From: a virus
Virus record (IMG/VR): IMGVR_UViG_3300008110_000009
DNA: 64,000 bases
Reading direction: 5' to 3' (one strand)
Shown piece by piece: positions 36,989 to 46,964 of the stretch (position 1 is its first letter; every line of letters starts with the position of its first letter). Under the pieces are notes generated by a model. That model was not told the origin of the DNA, did not search any database, and worked only from the letters and a program-made list of their open reading frames with translations. Both the position numbers and the translations under genes were made by a program.

Positions 36989-39097
36989 TTAGAAATCAAT
37001 TCTAACGGAAAATACCTGGTTACCTGTTCTTTCTAACGGTTTAGCTAATTTAGCTGTAACTAAAGGCTCTTTATTTTCATTTAATAATGCTACCTCTGTT
37101 ATTCTTTTTGGTTGCCCAGTAACATATGTTGGGTTCTGGCTTGTTAAGAATTGTGTTCCAGGTAGATTAACCATGAAATTTAAAACCTCTACGTCAGTTG
37201 CCCTTGTTAATTGAACTGCACCTGGGAAAGGTTGTGAATCTCCAAACTGTGGTAATGTTGGTTGATCGATATTTGGTAATGGGCCAAGATAATTTTCTAT
37301 ATCATATGTAGGTGCAGTAATGGCACTATCATACATATCTCCGGTGATAACAAATTGGTAACCACACATATTTGTTTTAGAAATAAGGTTACCGACAGTG
37401 TGTCCAGATATTTGTGTTGTTAAGTCAATAATTTTCCATCCGTCTGATGATGGTGGATTACCTGTTTGTACAACTTGAACTAATGCATAAAATTTATTTG
37501 CTGTAAACCCGGTAAAATATGATGAATTACTTAAAAATTTAAAATCACCGGTTTCAAATCTAAAACCAATATTTGAATTTGTTGTTCCTGTGATCTTTCC
37601 ATAATAGTTACAATGCATACCATTTCTATAGGTGTCACCAGTGTATTGGAACATATATGTAACCCAAGCGGTTTCTCCTGTAAGAACTACTGGATCTAAA
37701 TCATAGAATGTCGGTAAATCTAATGGCACTGTGTTGAATCTAGGTGCTGGTAATGTATATTTTCTATTTGTTTTATATTCTAATACGGCCACCAATTCTT
37801 GGTCATCAAATACAATAATTTTTTTATCAACAAATACTTTACCAACACGAATACCTTGTTCGTCTAATAAAAATCTAAACTTAAGATTGTTTGTGTTTGG
37901 TTTAGTATTTTTTGCTGATGAAACATAATAATCAGTTGTATCCATCACAAATTTTGCGCCGATTGTTGTTCCGGTATTTCTGTGATAAAAAATAAAAGGA
38001 ATATAAACTTCAAAATGATTAACATCAGAAACTAAATCATCTGGATCGTATGTGTAATATTCTTCATCTGTTTCGCTCCCAATATAATCATCATATTTAA
38101 AAAATCTTTCTGGATCATTAACAATGTCACCTAATTCTGAATAATGAATAACCGCAATACATCTTTGATCTTCTGGTTTTACATCTATTCTTTCTCCAAA
38201 TGAGTTAGTATATGATGTTGGATTAGAAATCGTCCCACCAGTTAAATTTGTAAATGTTTGGCCGGTAGAGGTATAACCTAAGTATTCTTTTAATGATGCG
38301 AACTGTGTTCCAGTATAACCACTTAATGCTTCATCTGATGCGTCTAATCCAGCTGGTTTTTGTGTCCATATTGTTTCTAGTGTCCATGGATCGTGTTGTG
38401 CTAGATTGTCAACTGGTAATGGTGAACAAACCGTAGAGCCTGTTGGTGCTTCTGGGTATTCTAAACTACATCTATTGCAAATAACTTGTGCATATCCGGT
38501 CTCCGCTGAAAGATTTGGCATCGGTCTGTCAAATGTTAATTCTGTAGGACTAACATTTGTGATTTTATAAACTAAGCTTTGTGATGTCCCACTTATAACA
38601 TAATTTTGACTAACAAATTGATTCTTAAATACTAATGTTACGAATTCACACTGTGAATAACCTGTAGCATTAGGAACTGATAAAATATTAGTTCCATCAA
38701 CTTCTGATAATGATATTTCTTTAACTAAGCATTCAACAGTGGTTCCAGTACAAACATCACTATCATATGGTCTATAGTTTGTAACGAATCCAGCTGGGCC
38801 CATTGCATTTTTTAATGTGGTTGTTATTGATTGTTCAACAGCGTTACCATAGTTGATTGTATCTGTACCTGTTAATAGATAGGGATACTTCACATGTTGA
38901 TCTCCATCCATAGGCGCCAATACCCTTTGTCTTGGTGTTGTGCCTGCCCCGGTAAATCCACTAAAAGTATAATCAAATTCAGAATCGCCAACCTGAAAAT
39001 ATTTTATAACAAAATTACCTTCAGCGATAGATTTTCTACCCTTTCTGGTTATTCTTGCTGATAAGAATTCTGAATTACTGCTATCTAAAAAGCTCAT
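36989..39097 (-). CDS. Baseplate/tail-collar structural protein
   Basis: N-terminal ARITRKGRKSIA..F.IKYFQVGDSE and C-terminal ITEVALLN....LVTAKLAKP...VRIDF halves resemble a tail-collar (DUF3751-like) domain around a large insert. Confidence 0.6.
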   Translation of the reverse strand: MSFLDSSNSEFLSARITRKGRKSIAEGNFVIKYFQVGDSEFDYTFSGFTGAGTTPRQRVLAPMDGDQHVKYPYLLTGTDTINYGNAVEQSITTTLKNAMGPAGFVTNYRPYDSDVCTGTTVECLVKEISLSEVDGTNILSVPNATGYSQCEFVTLVFKNQFVSQNYVISGTSQSLVYKITNVSPTELTFDRPMPNLSAETGYAQVICNRCSLEYPEAPTGSTVCSPLPVDNLAQHDPWTLETIWTQKPAGLDASDEALSGYTGTQFASLKEYLGYTSTGQTFTNLTGGTISNPTSYTNSFGERIDVKPEDQRCIAVIHYSELGDIVNDPERFFKYDDYIGSETDEEYYTYDPDDLVSDVNHFEVYIPFIFYHRNTGTTIGAKFVMDTTDYYVSSAKNTKPNTNNLKFRFLLDEQGIRVGKVFVDKKIIVFDDQELVAVLEYKTNRKYTLPAPRFNTVPLDLPTFYDLDPVVLTGETAWVTYMFQYTGDTYRNGMHCNYYGKITGTTNSNIGFRFETGDFKFLSNSSYFTGFTANKFYALVQVVQTGNPPSSDGWKIIDLTTQISGHTVGNLISKTNMCGYQFVITGDMYDSAITAPTYDIENYLGPLPNIDQPTLPQFGDSQPFPGAVQLTRATDVEVLNFMVNLPGTQFLTSQNPTYVTGQPKRITEVALLNENKEPLVTAKLAKPLERTGNQVFSVRIDF

Positions 39098-39120
39098 TTA
39101 TACTTATTTATTTTAATCAT

Positions 39121-40353
39121 TTATGCTTCACTAGGCCCACCAGGTCCACCTGAACAACTATCATTACCTACTGATATAATACCACCATTTGAATCTACTC
39201 TTATAAATTTATATGTACCTCCATCATATAATAAATCACCATTAGGATTTGTTGTTGTTGGGGTATTTTGCGCACTTTGGTTTTCTGATTCAGTTATATA
39301 TGCCATTCTTGTTACATTACCTAATGACCAAGAACCCGCAACAGGTGTTGTTAAACCATAATCACTATAGATTGTTGTAGTACCTGGTGTTAAAATTGCG
39401 TCAGTTGTATAGAATGGTGAGTTAATTAGATAACCTTGTCCACCTGAACCAAAATTATTACAATAAGTTGTTGATATATTAGTGTCCATGACTTCTTCTG
39501 CTCTGTAGTATACATAAACTGTTGTTGGTGTTACTGTTGGTGTTAACGTCGGAACACCAAGACATTGTATACTTACCTCCCAATAGTCATTTACGTCATT
39601 TGGCGCAGCTAACATTGGTGCTGTTAATACATCTATGTAATATGTTTGGGTGTTATCATATGTTATTGTTAATGTTATTGGGCCAGTTTGAGTTGGGTAC
39701 CAATAATCATTTGAATCATAACCAGATGAATTACCAAACCATCCTGTACTTTCAATAATTGTTAAATCTGTTCTAATTGAAATATTGTTTGGTCTATCGT
39801 TTGCTGTACACGTAAAATTAATTAGCGATCCGTTAGCCACCCCTGTAAAATCTAGTTGACGATCAGGGTAATTATAAATCGTTGGCCCAGTATATTCACC
39901 TGTTACAGTAGAACTACATCCTGGCAAGCTAGTAGGGGTTATTGTTGTTGTTGGTGTAATTGTTGGTGTAACGGTAGTAGTAGTTGTTGTTGGTGTAATT
40001 GTTGGATCAACGGTAGTTGGTGTGGTAGTTGGTGTGGTAGTTGTTGTTGGTGTTATTGTTGGGGTAACAGTGGTAGAAGTTGTTGTTGGTGTTGGTGTTA
40101 CACCTGGTATTCCAGTTATTGAAATACATTGTGTTGTACCAGAACAATCTCCGCCGTCCACTTTAACAAATAAACTAACCGTTCCATCAGGTATTGATGA
40201 AATTGTTTTTGGAAAACTAGATACCGCTTGTGATGTTACTAGACTTGTACAGCCACTTCCACAAGACGCACCTGTACATCCTGATATTGAAACGGTTTGT
40301 CCTGTGATTCCGTTTCCTACTGTTCCTAAATTTACTGAAGCGTTAAATGCCAT
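39121..40353 (-). CDS. Putative virion surface protein: Cys-containing N-domain, PT linkers and beta domains
   Basis: Thr/Pro linkers separating compact domains; no signal peptide; TATTTATA motif upstream. Confidence 0.6.
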   Translation of the reverse strand: MAFNASVNLGTVGNGITGQTVSISGCTGASCGSGCTSLVTSQAVSSFPKTISSIPDGTVSLFVKVDGGDCSGTTQCISITGIPGVTPTPTTTSTTVTPTITPTTTTTPTTTPTTVDPTITPTTTTTTVTPTITPTTTITPTSLPGCSSTVTGEYTGPTIYNYPDRQLDFTGVANGSLINFTCTANDRPNNISIRTDLTIIESTGWFGNSSGYDSNDYWYPTQTGPITLTITYDNTQTYYIDVLTAPMLAAPNDVNDYWEVSIQCLGVPTLTPTVTPTTVYVYYRAEEVMDTNISTTYCNNFGSGGQGYLINSPFYTTDAILTPGTTTIYSDYGLTTPVAGSWSLGNVTRMAYITESENQSAQNTPTTTNPNGDLLYDGGTYKFIRVDSNGGIISVGNDSCSGGPGGPSEA

Positions 40354-40382
40354 ATGTTATAAATATTAATTCTTTTATTTTA

Positions 40383-41267
40383 TTATACTGGACACCCAAT
40401 AGGTATATTGTTATTAGCTCTTAATGTCACAGATACATGTAAAGGTGTTGGTGATGGTGTGTAATCCTCTTCTCCAAGCAGATTGTCAATCGGGCTACTT
40501 AAATGTAATTCTGATGTTCCAATAATATCACAAACTCTATATCTTATAATATTACCCGATCCACTAGCCCACATCCCTCTAATTGTATATGGTAATAAAC
40601 TTTCTAAAACATATATAGTTCCACTTCTTGATCCTCCAGCAGATGTGGTTTCATCTAATAATGTTGCACCATTTTTATCTAAGATAACTAATCGTCCACC
40701 AGAATCTGCACCTATAACCCAATCAATTCTTGCTGATGTAGTTGTTGTAGTTGTTGTTGGTGTTGTAGTTGTTGTTGGTGTTGTAGTTGTTGTTGGTGTT
40801 GGCGTTATTATAACATTATATTCAGACGATCCTCCAGTAAAAGTACAATCTGCAGGGGTTGTTGTTGGTGTTGGGCTTGGGGTAATGATTTGATCGCTAA
40901 TAGCAGAACCACCGCTAAATCTACAATCAATATAATTCGATGTACCTCCAGTAAATAAGCAACAATTTATACAATTATCATAAACCTCCTCATGATTTGT
41001 GAAAATATTTTCAATCACATAACCTCCGGTTACTGTATCTAAAATTTTAAACCAATATTGTGTACTATAGGACGCTCCACTAAAAATAATAGGGTTTGTG
41101 TTGTAATATGATCCATCAGAACTTGCTTGATAAGTTGTACCAGAATTTGGATAATATGTATACCCGGTTGTGACCACAGATTCATTACCTGCGGTGGGCC
41201 CAGTTTTATATAATAACTTAAATGGGTTTGGTGAAACAATACCTTTTAATTTTAGATTTAATCCCAT
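40383..41267 (-). CDS. Putative virion surface protein with three CxF(T/S)GG motifs and PT linkers
   Basis: Likely start MGLNLK at 41267, after a TATTTAT motif; CLFTGG, CRFSGG, CTFTGG. Confidence 0.6.
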   Translation of the reverse strand: MGLNLKLKGIVSPNPFKLLYKTGPTAGNESVVTTGYTYYPNSGTTYQASSDGSYYNTNPIIFSGASYSTQYWFKILDTVTGGYVIENIFTNHEEVYDNCINCCLFTGGTSNYIDCRFSGGSAISDQIITPSPTPTTTPADCTFTGGSSEYNVIITPTPTTTTTPTTTTTPTTTTTTTSARIDWVIGADSGGRLVILDKNGATLLDETTSAGGSRSGTIYVLESLLPYTIRGMWASGSGNIIRYRVCDIIGTSELHLSSPIDNLLGEEDYTPSPTPLHVSVTLRANNNIPIGCPV

Positions 41268-41300
41268 ACTACATAAATACAACTCTTATAAAATATAAAT

Positions 41301-41328
41301 AAAAAACCCCTCGTTTTGAAGGGGTTTT
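41301..41328 (-). terminator. Intrinsic terminator
   Basis: Minus strand AAAACCCCT-tcaaaacg-AGGGGTTTTTT. Confidence 0.8.
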
Positions 41329-41351
41329 AAAATATAATATTAAATTAGTTT

Positions 41352-41912
41352 TTAATTACCAATTAAACATGTTCCATTAGTTGTACAAGGTGTTCCGTCA
41401 TTTGACCATAACCACTCTGTTGTAATTTCTACACCACCTTGAACCCAAACAGGTGTACTATAAGCTCCACTAAATGAAACACATAAACCAGCTGTGATTG
41501 TACTATTACCGTTATCCATTGATTCAATGTTACTTAATAAAACTGTTTGGACGGTACCGTCATAATCTCTATATCTTACATATAAATCACCTGGTGGTGG
41601 ATTAGTTGTACTGTATGTTACAGTCCAACATTCTGCTGTTACACTTGATGTAGTTGTCGGCGTTGGTGTTGGTTGGGATGGGAAAGCTTCCCATTGCTGG
41701 GTATTTGTACAAATTCCGGTACTTGCGATTGTACCACCAGTTGTGAGATCACTAATACCAGTAATTGTATGTCCGGTTAATAATTGTTCCTTTGTTACCC
41801 CTGTTGCTAATTCTGTGGTAACATTACCGCTGGTTGTTCCTGAAATATTAAAAGGCCCAGCAACATATGTTGCGCCAGAATATTGATTTTGTAATGTGAA
41901 TGTAACTATCAT
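41352..41912 (-). CDS. Two-domain putative virion surface protein
   Basis: N-domain (AGPFNIS...ATGVTKEQLLTG...STGIC), PT linker, and a C-domain paralogous to the end of 41966-46945. Confidence 0.65.
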   Translation of the reverse strand: MIVTFTLQNQYSGATYVAGPFNISGTTSGNVTTELATGVTKEQLLTGHTITGISDLTTGGTIASTGICTNTQQWEAFPSQPTPTPTTTSSVTAECWTVTYSTTNPPPGDLYVRYRDYDGTVQTVLLSNIESMDNGNSTITAGLCVSFSGAYSTPVWVQGGVEITTEWLWSNDGTPCTTNGTCLIGN

Positions 41913-41965
41913 TGTTTTTTCTTTTTGTATAAATATTTGTTTATTTGAAATTGTTTATAATTTTT

Positions 41966-44900
41966 TTATACGCTACCTATTAGACATACACCATCAGATT
42001 CACAAATTCCACCTTGGGTCCAACTATCAAAACAAGTAACTTCAACACCACCTTGTACACAAACTGGTGTAGAATATGATGATCCAGGTTTAACACAAAT
42101 ACCTACAGTATATGTACCATTACCATTATCCATGGTCGCTAAATTCTGAATTAATACTGTTTGTACCGTATCTGTAACGTCTCTATATCTTACATATAAA
42201 TCATTTGGTATTGTTACGTAAGTCATTGTATAACAATATCCTGGAGCATCCCCATCAGTTAAAACTGTTAAACCACTTGTTGTTATACAACCATTTGTAT
42301 CAGTAACTTCAAGACAATATCCACCAGATGTTAAACCTGTTATTGATCTTGTTGGGTTACTAGACGCAACACTATAATATTCTGCCACTATATCTCCACC
42401 GCAAGTTGTATATGGTGAGCTAGTGTCCTTATATAATCTATATGTCTTAGGCCACACACCACCACTAGAACTAATATCAAGGCTTCCAGCTGATGGGGAA
42501 TAAAATCCAGGATTAACTGCATTATTAATTGTTGCATATTGTTGTGATGGTTCTGATATGTATACACCATATGTCGCCTCACACTGATTATAGTCTTTAA
42601 GGTACACCGTATAACTTCCAGAAGTTAAATTATTAAATGTTGCTGTTGGAACACCATTAACCAAATTGAATAAGTAATAGTCTGAGAAATCACCAGTCAA
42701 TGAAACTGTTAATTGTCCACTATTACCACTAGTTGGGTTTGTTATTGTTATTGAACCATTAGAACCACCGTAACAAGATATATTAGAATGCGTTATTGTT
42801 GCGCTTGGTGCCGCCTTACTTAAATTAGTGTTTTGATTAGACGATTCACATCCGTTTCCGTCTTTAACTCTAACAGTATATGTTGCTGAGTATAAGCCAG
42901 TAAAGCTATTACTTGATTGCCATGTTGATCCTCCATTAATAGAATATTGATATGAGCCAGCACCACCACTTGCAATTACTGTTATTGAACCATTTGTACT
43001 ATCATAACAAGTTGGATATACCACATTTGTATAGAATGATACTGCACTTGGAACCGTAATTGAAGTTGTGTATGTTTGAACACAATTTGAACCGTCCTTA
43101 ACATAAATAGTATATGAACCATCACCCAAACTAGCGTACGCCTGTGGTAAATTTCCATATGTGCCACCAGCGTTTAATTTAGATTGATAAGTACCACCGT
43201 TACCACCTGTTCCAGAATTAACTGAAATACTACCTGTTCCTCCAACACAAGTTGGATTAAAAATTGATATTGTTGCGTTTGGTGCAGATTTAGATAAAGT
43301 TTGTGTTGTTGCAGCAACACAATTATTAGCGTCTTTAGCATATAATACATATGTTCCAGTACCTAAACTACTAAATGTTGCACTTGCCTGATAGTTTGTA
43401 CCATCTTTTGAATATGTTTTTGTTCCAGTACCACCAGACGCGGATAATGTTATAGAACCATCAGCACCATCCCAACACGTTGGATTTGTTGCTGAATTAA
43501 CACTTACTGTTAATGCAGATGGCTCAGTAATTACATAGGTATATGATGCTTTACAATTTGTTGCATCTTTTATATATAACGTATAGTTTCCTGGTGATAA
43601 ATCACTGAAAATCTTTTGTACTGTGTAGTAAGTAATATCATTAAGAGATACTGTATATGGTCCATTATTACCACCACTTGCGCCAACAACATTTAATGAG
43701 CCGGTACCGCCATTACAATAAGCATTTGTTTGATTTACAACTGGTGTTGGAGCGGATTTTGTTACACTTACAGTCGCACTAGAAGATTGACATCCATTAC
43801 CATCTTTTGATTTAACGGTATAAACACCAGAACTTAAATTGGTAAACACACCACTACTTTGCCACGTTGACCCATTATCTTTAGAATATTCATAACCGCC
43901 TCCAGATCCGCCTGAAGCACTTAGTGTGAACCCTGCATTAGTGCTATTCCAACAAGTTGGATATTGTAATCCAGATGAACTAACAGTAACTTGAGTTGGT
44001 TGTGTTATTGTTACAGCATATGTATTTTCACAACCAGCGCTATCTTTTACATAAATAGTATATGAACCAGCCGATAAAGAAGAATAGGTTCTAGAGGTAG
44101 TTAATACTTGATAAGTTCCGCCCGAATTTAATTTTGTTGAGTATGGACCACCTTGGCCTCCTGATAAATCAGAAACAACTATTGATCCATCGCTACCGCC
44201 ATTACATGTTACATTTGTTTGTGATACTGTTGCGGTTACTTGTGTTCTATCTAAACCTATTGTGTTTGTTCTTACACAACCGGCACTATCTTTTACATAA
44301 ATTGTATATGTCCCATTACCTAAATTGCTGAAGGTTGTACCGGTTTGATATGTGGAACCATCTTTAGAATAGGTATATCCAGAGCCTGTACCTCCAGAAG
44401 CTGATGTTACGGTAATCGAACCATCTGTACTTCCTATACAAGTTGGATTTGTTCTAGATAATGTTGAACTAACTATAGTTGGCTCAGTCACTGTTACTAC
44501 ACTACTATTACCAACTTCACCATATGAATCTTTAGCATATAAAATATATGAACCAGCGGTTAACCCACTGAAAACATTTGACGCTTGATAATTTGTACCA
44601 TCTTTTGAATATGTATAACTTGCAGTACCTCCAGTAACCCCAGAAACAGTAATAACACCGTTTGAGCCACCATTACATGTTACATTAGTTGTGGTTGATA
44701 CACCAACCGTTAAAGTTACGTTAGTAATTGAAATTACAATCGATTTATCATATGTTAATCCTCCAGCATCTGTTGCTCTAACTCTAATTGTATAACTTGA
44801 TTGTGTTTCAAAATCAAATACCGCGGCACTTCTTAATGTTGTTCCTGAAATTGAAAAACTTGAATTTCCTGGATATGATGATGTGTCAACTAAGGCATAG

Positions 44901-46945
44901 GTAAAGGTGTCGCCAGCATCTGGATCAGATGAACTAAATGTCCCTATTGTTGTACCAGTTGGTACATTTTCTGAAATTGAAACTGAACTTAGAGAAATAT
45001 TTGTTGGTGCTTCGTTAACATTGGTTACTGAGATTGCAAATACTTGATCAAATGTTAAACCACCGGCATCTGTTGATCTAATCTTTATTGAATATGAAGA
45101 TTTTGTTTCTAAATCAAATATTGCCGCAGATTTTAAAGATGCTCCAGTAATAGTAAAACTAGAGTTATCTGGATAATTTGCTAAATCAACTAAAGTGTAT
45201 GTAAATGTGTCACCAGCATCTGGATCTGTTGTTGATAGTGTTCCAATTGTTGTACCGGTTGCAGAATTTTCTGCTATTGTATTTGATGATAATGAAATAG
45301 CTGTTGGTGTTTCATTAGCATTTGTTATCGATATTGTTAATGTTTTATCAAATGTTAATCCACCTGAATCGGTTGATCGGACTCTTATTGTATAAGAACT
45401 TTTTGTTTCAAAATTAAATACTGCTGCAGATTTTAGTGTTATACCACTAATACTAAAACTAGAGTTATCTGGATAATTTGCTAAATCAACTAAACTGTAT
45501 GTAAATGTACCGCCGTCTGGGTCAGTTGTTGAAAATGTTCCAATGGTTGTTCCTGTTGCCACATTTTCCTCAATTGATAATGAACTTAAACCAATATTTG
45601 TTGGTGCTTCATTAACATTACTAACATAGATATATAATGTACCATCATAAGTTAACCCACCTTGATCTGTTACTCTAATTTTAATTAAATATTCATTTTT
45701 TACCTCATAATTAAAGACAGCAGCTGATCTGAGTGTTGATCCACTTATGATAAAGCTGTTGTTGTCAGGATAAGTTATAGTATCTCTAAGTGCATAAGTA
45801 AATGTATTTCCAGAATCATTGTCTAATCCACTTAAAATACCAACAGTTGTTCCTGTTGCTGAATTTTCTGGGATAGTATCATTAGAAATACTAAAACCAT
45901 ATGGTGCTTCATTAACATTTGTTACATAAGCTGTTAACACACCTTCAAATGTTAAAGAATTAGAATCTGTTGCTCGAACTTTAATTGGATATGAATTTTG
46001 GATTTCATAATCAAAAATTTCAGCAGACTTTAAAACCCCTCCACTAGTTAATGTGAATTTATTATTATTTGGATAAGATAATGAATCTATAAATTCGTAT
46101 GTAAATGTATCACCACTATCAGGATCAAGCGCTGTTATTGTACCAACAGTTGTTCCTGTGGGTGAATTTTCCGGAATACTTCCGTTTAAATTTAAACCAT
46201 ATGGCGCTTCATTAATATTTGTTACATTAATTGTAAACGCTTTATCATAAAATAATCCACCGGCATCGGTTGATTTTATGATTATACTGTATGATGATTT
46301 ATTCTCGTAATCAAAAATTGCGGATGTTCTTAAATCAGAACCATCTATGTTAAAAGATGCCGCATCCCCAGTTGATTGTATGGAATAAGTATGTGTGTCG
46401 CCTAAATCAACATCATTAGTACTTAAAGTTCCAACAATTGTGTTTATTGGGCTGTTTTCATTTACTGTATTATTGCTTAAATTAATATCTACTGGTGCAG
46501 AATTTGTTGGGGTCGGGGTTGATGTAGATGTTGGCGTTGGTGTCGCTATAACCGCAATAGTGTCTATTAAAAATTCACAATTAGGGGTATAGGTTGATGT
46601 TGGTGTAAGAGTAATAGTTGGAGTGTTGGTTGGTGTTTCGGTTGGTGTTGCTGTAAGTGTTGGTGTTGAAGTTGGTGTGGCAGTTGGTGTTGGTGTTGGT
46701 AAAATTAAATCGTCACCAATTAAACAATATGGATCTGTGTTATATAAGATTATTTTATATGCATTATCAGGTACAGAAACTAACACACCGTTTATATCTG
46801 TTAAATCTGAATATGTTATTCCTGTTGCGGGTAATGACGTTGAAACCACCGTAGCAATATTCAACGGATCAACAACATCATAATAAATGTTGTATGGCCC
46901 TGGTGCCGTTCCTGAAGATATTGTTACTGTGAATTGTTTTGCCAT
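41966..46945 (-). CDS. Large adhesin-like protein: 6 cadherin repeats and ~9-10 SprB repeats
   Basis: Cadherin motifs ENS..GT.VG, DxDxGD, FDYE, VTNVNEAP x6; SprB-type TCNGGSDGSITV..SGG..YxYS.DG...F..L..G.Y...KD..C repeats. Confidence 0.85.
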   Translation of the reverse strand: MAKQFTVTISSGTAPGPYNIYYDVVDPLNIATVVSTSLPATGITYSDLTDINGVLVSVPDNAYKIILYNTDPYCLIGDDLILPTPTPTATPTSTPTLTATPTETPTNTPTITLTPTSTYTPNCEFLIDTIAVIATPTPTSTSTPTPTNSAPVDINLSNNTVNENSPINTIVGTLSTNDVDLGDTHTYSIQSTGDAASFNIDGSDLRTSAIFDYENKSSYSIIIKSTDAGGLFYDKAFTINVTNINEAPYGLNLNGSIPENSPTGTTVGTITALDPDSGDTFTYEFIDSLSYPNNNKFTLTSGGVLKSAEIFDYEIQNSYPIKVRATDSNSLTFEGVLTAYVTNVNEAPYGFSISNDTIPENSATGTTVGILSGLDNDSGNTFTYALRDTITYPDNNSFIISGSTLRSAAVFNYEVKNEYLIKIRVTDQGGLTYDGTLYIYVSNVNEAPTNIGLSSLSIEENVATGTTIGTFSTTDPDGGTFTYSLVDLANYPDNSSFSISGITLKSAAVFNFETKSSYTIRVRSTDSGGLTFDKTLTISITNANETPTAISLSSNTIAENSATGTTIGTLSTTDPDAGDTFTYTLVDLANYPDNSSFTITGASLKSAAIFDLETKSSYSIKIRSTDAGGLTFDQVFAISVTNVNEAPTNISLSSVSISENVPTGTTIGTFSSSDPDAGDTFTYALVDTSSYPGNSSFSISGTTLRSAAVFDFETQSSYTIRVRATDAGGLTYDKSIVISITNVTLTVGVSTTTNVTCNGGSNGVITVSGVTGGTASYTYSKDGTNYQASNVFSGLTAGSYILYAKDSYGEVGNSSVVTVTEPTIVSSTLSRTNPTCIGSTDGSITVTSASGGTGSGYTYSKDGSTYQTGTTFSNLGNGTYTIYVKDSAGCVRTNTIGLDRTQVTATVSQTNVTCNGGSDGSIVVSDLSGGQGGPYSTKLNSGGTYQVLTTSRTYSSLSAGSYTIYVKDSAGCENTYAVTITQPTQVTVSSSGLQYPTCWNSTNAGFTLSASGGSGGGYEYSKDNGSTWQSSGVFTNLSSGVYTVKSKDGNGCQSSSATVSVTKSAPTPVVNQTNAYCNGGTGSLNVVGASGGNNGPYTVSLNDITYYTVQKIFSDLSPGNYTLYIKDATNCKASYTYVITEPSALTVSVNSATNPTCWDGADGSITLSASGGTGTKTYSKDGTNYQASATFSSLGTGTYVLYAKDANNCVAATTQTLSKSAPNATISIFNPTCVGGTGSISVNSGTGGNGGTYQSKLNAGGTYGNLPQAYASLGDGSYTIYVKDGSNCVQTYTTSITVPSAVSFYTNVVYPTCYDSTNGSITVIASGGAGSYQYSINGGSTWQSSNSFTGLYSATYTVRVKDGNGCESSNQNTNLSKAAPSATITHSNISCYGGSNGSITITNPTSGNSGQLTVSLTGDFSDYYLFNLVNGVPTATFNNLTSGSYTVYLKDYNQCEATYGVYISEPSQQYATINNAVNPGFYSPSAGSLDISSSGGVWPKTYRLYKDTSSPYTTCGGDIVAEYYSVASSNPTRSITGLTSGGYCLEVTDTNGCITTSGLTVLTDGDAPGYCYTMTYVTIPNDLYVRYRDVTDTVQTVLIQNLATMDNGNGTYTVGICVKPGSSYSTPVCVQGGVEVTCFDSWTQGGICESDGVCLIGSV

Positions 46946-46964
46946 TATTTTATATAATTATTCA

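Noticed and set aside
41352-42250. Diversity-generating retroelement TR/VR pair
   Set aside because: Differences between the two paralogous tip domains are not adenine-specific and include many synonymous changes; no reverse transcriptase is present in the window.
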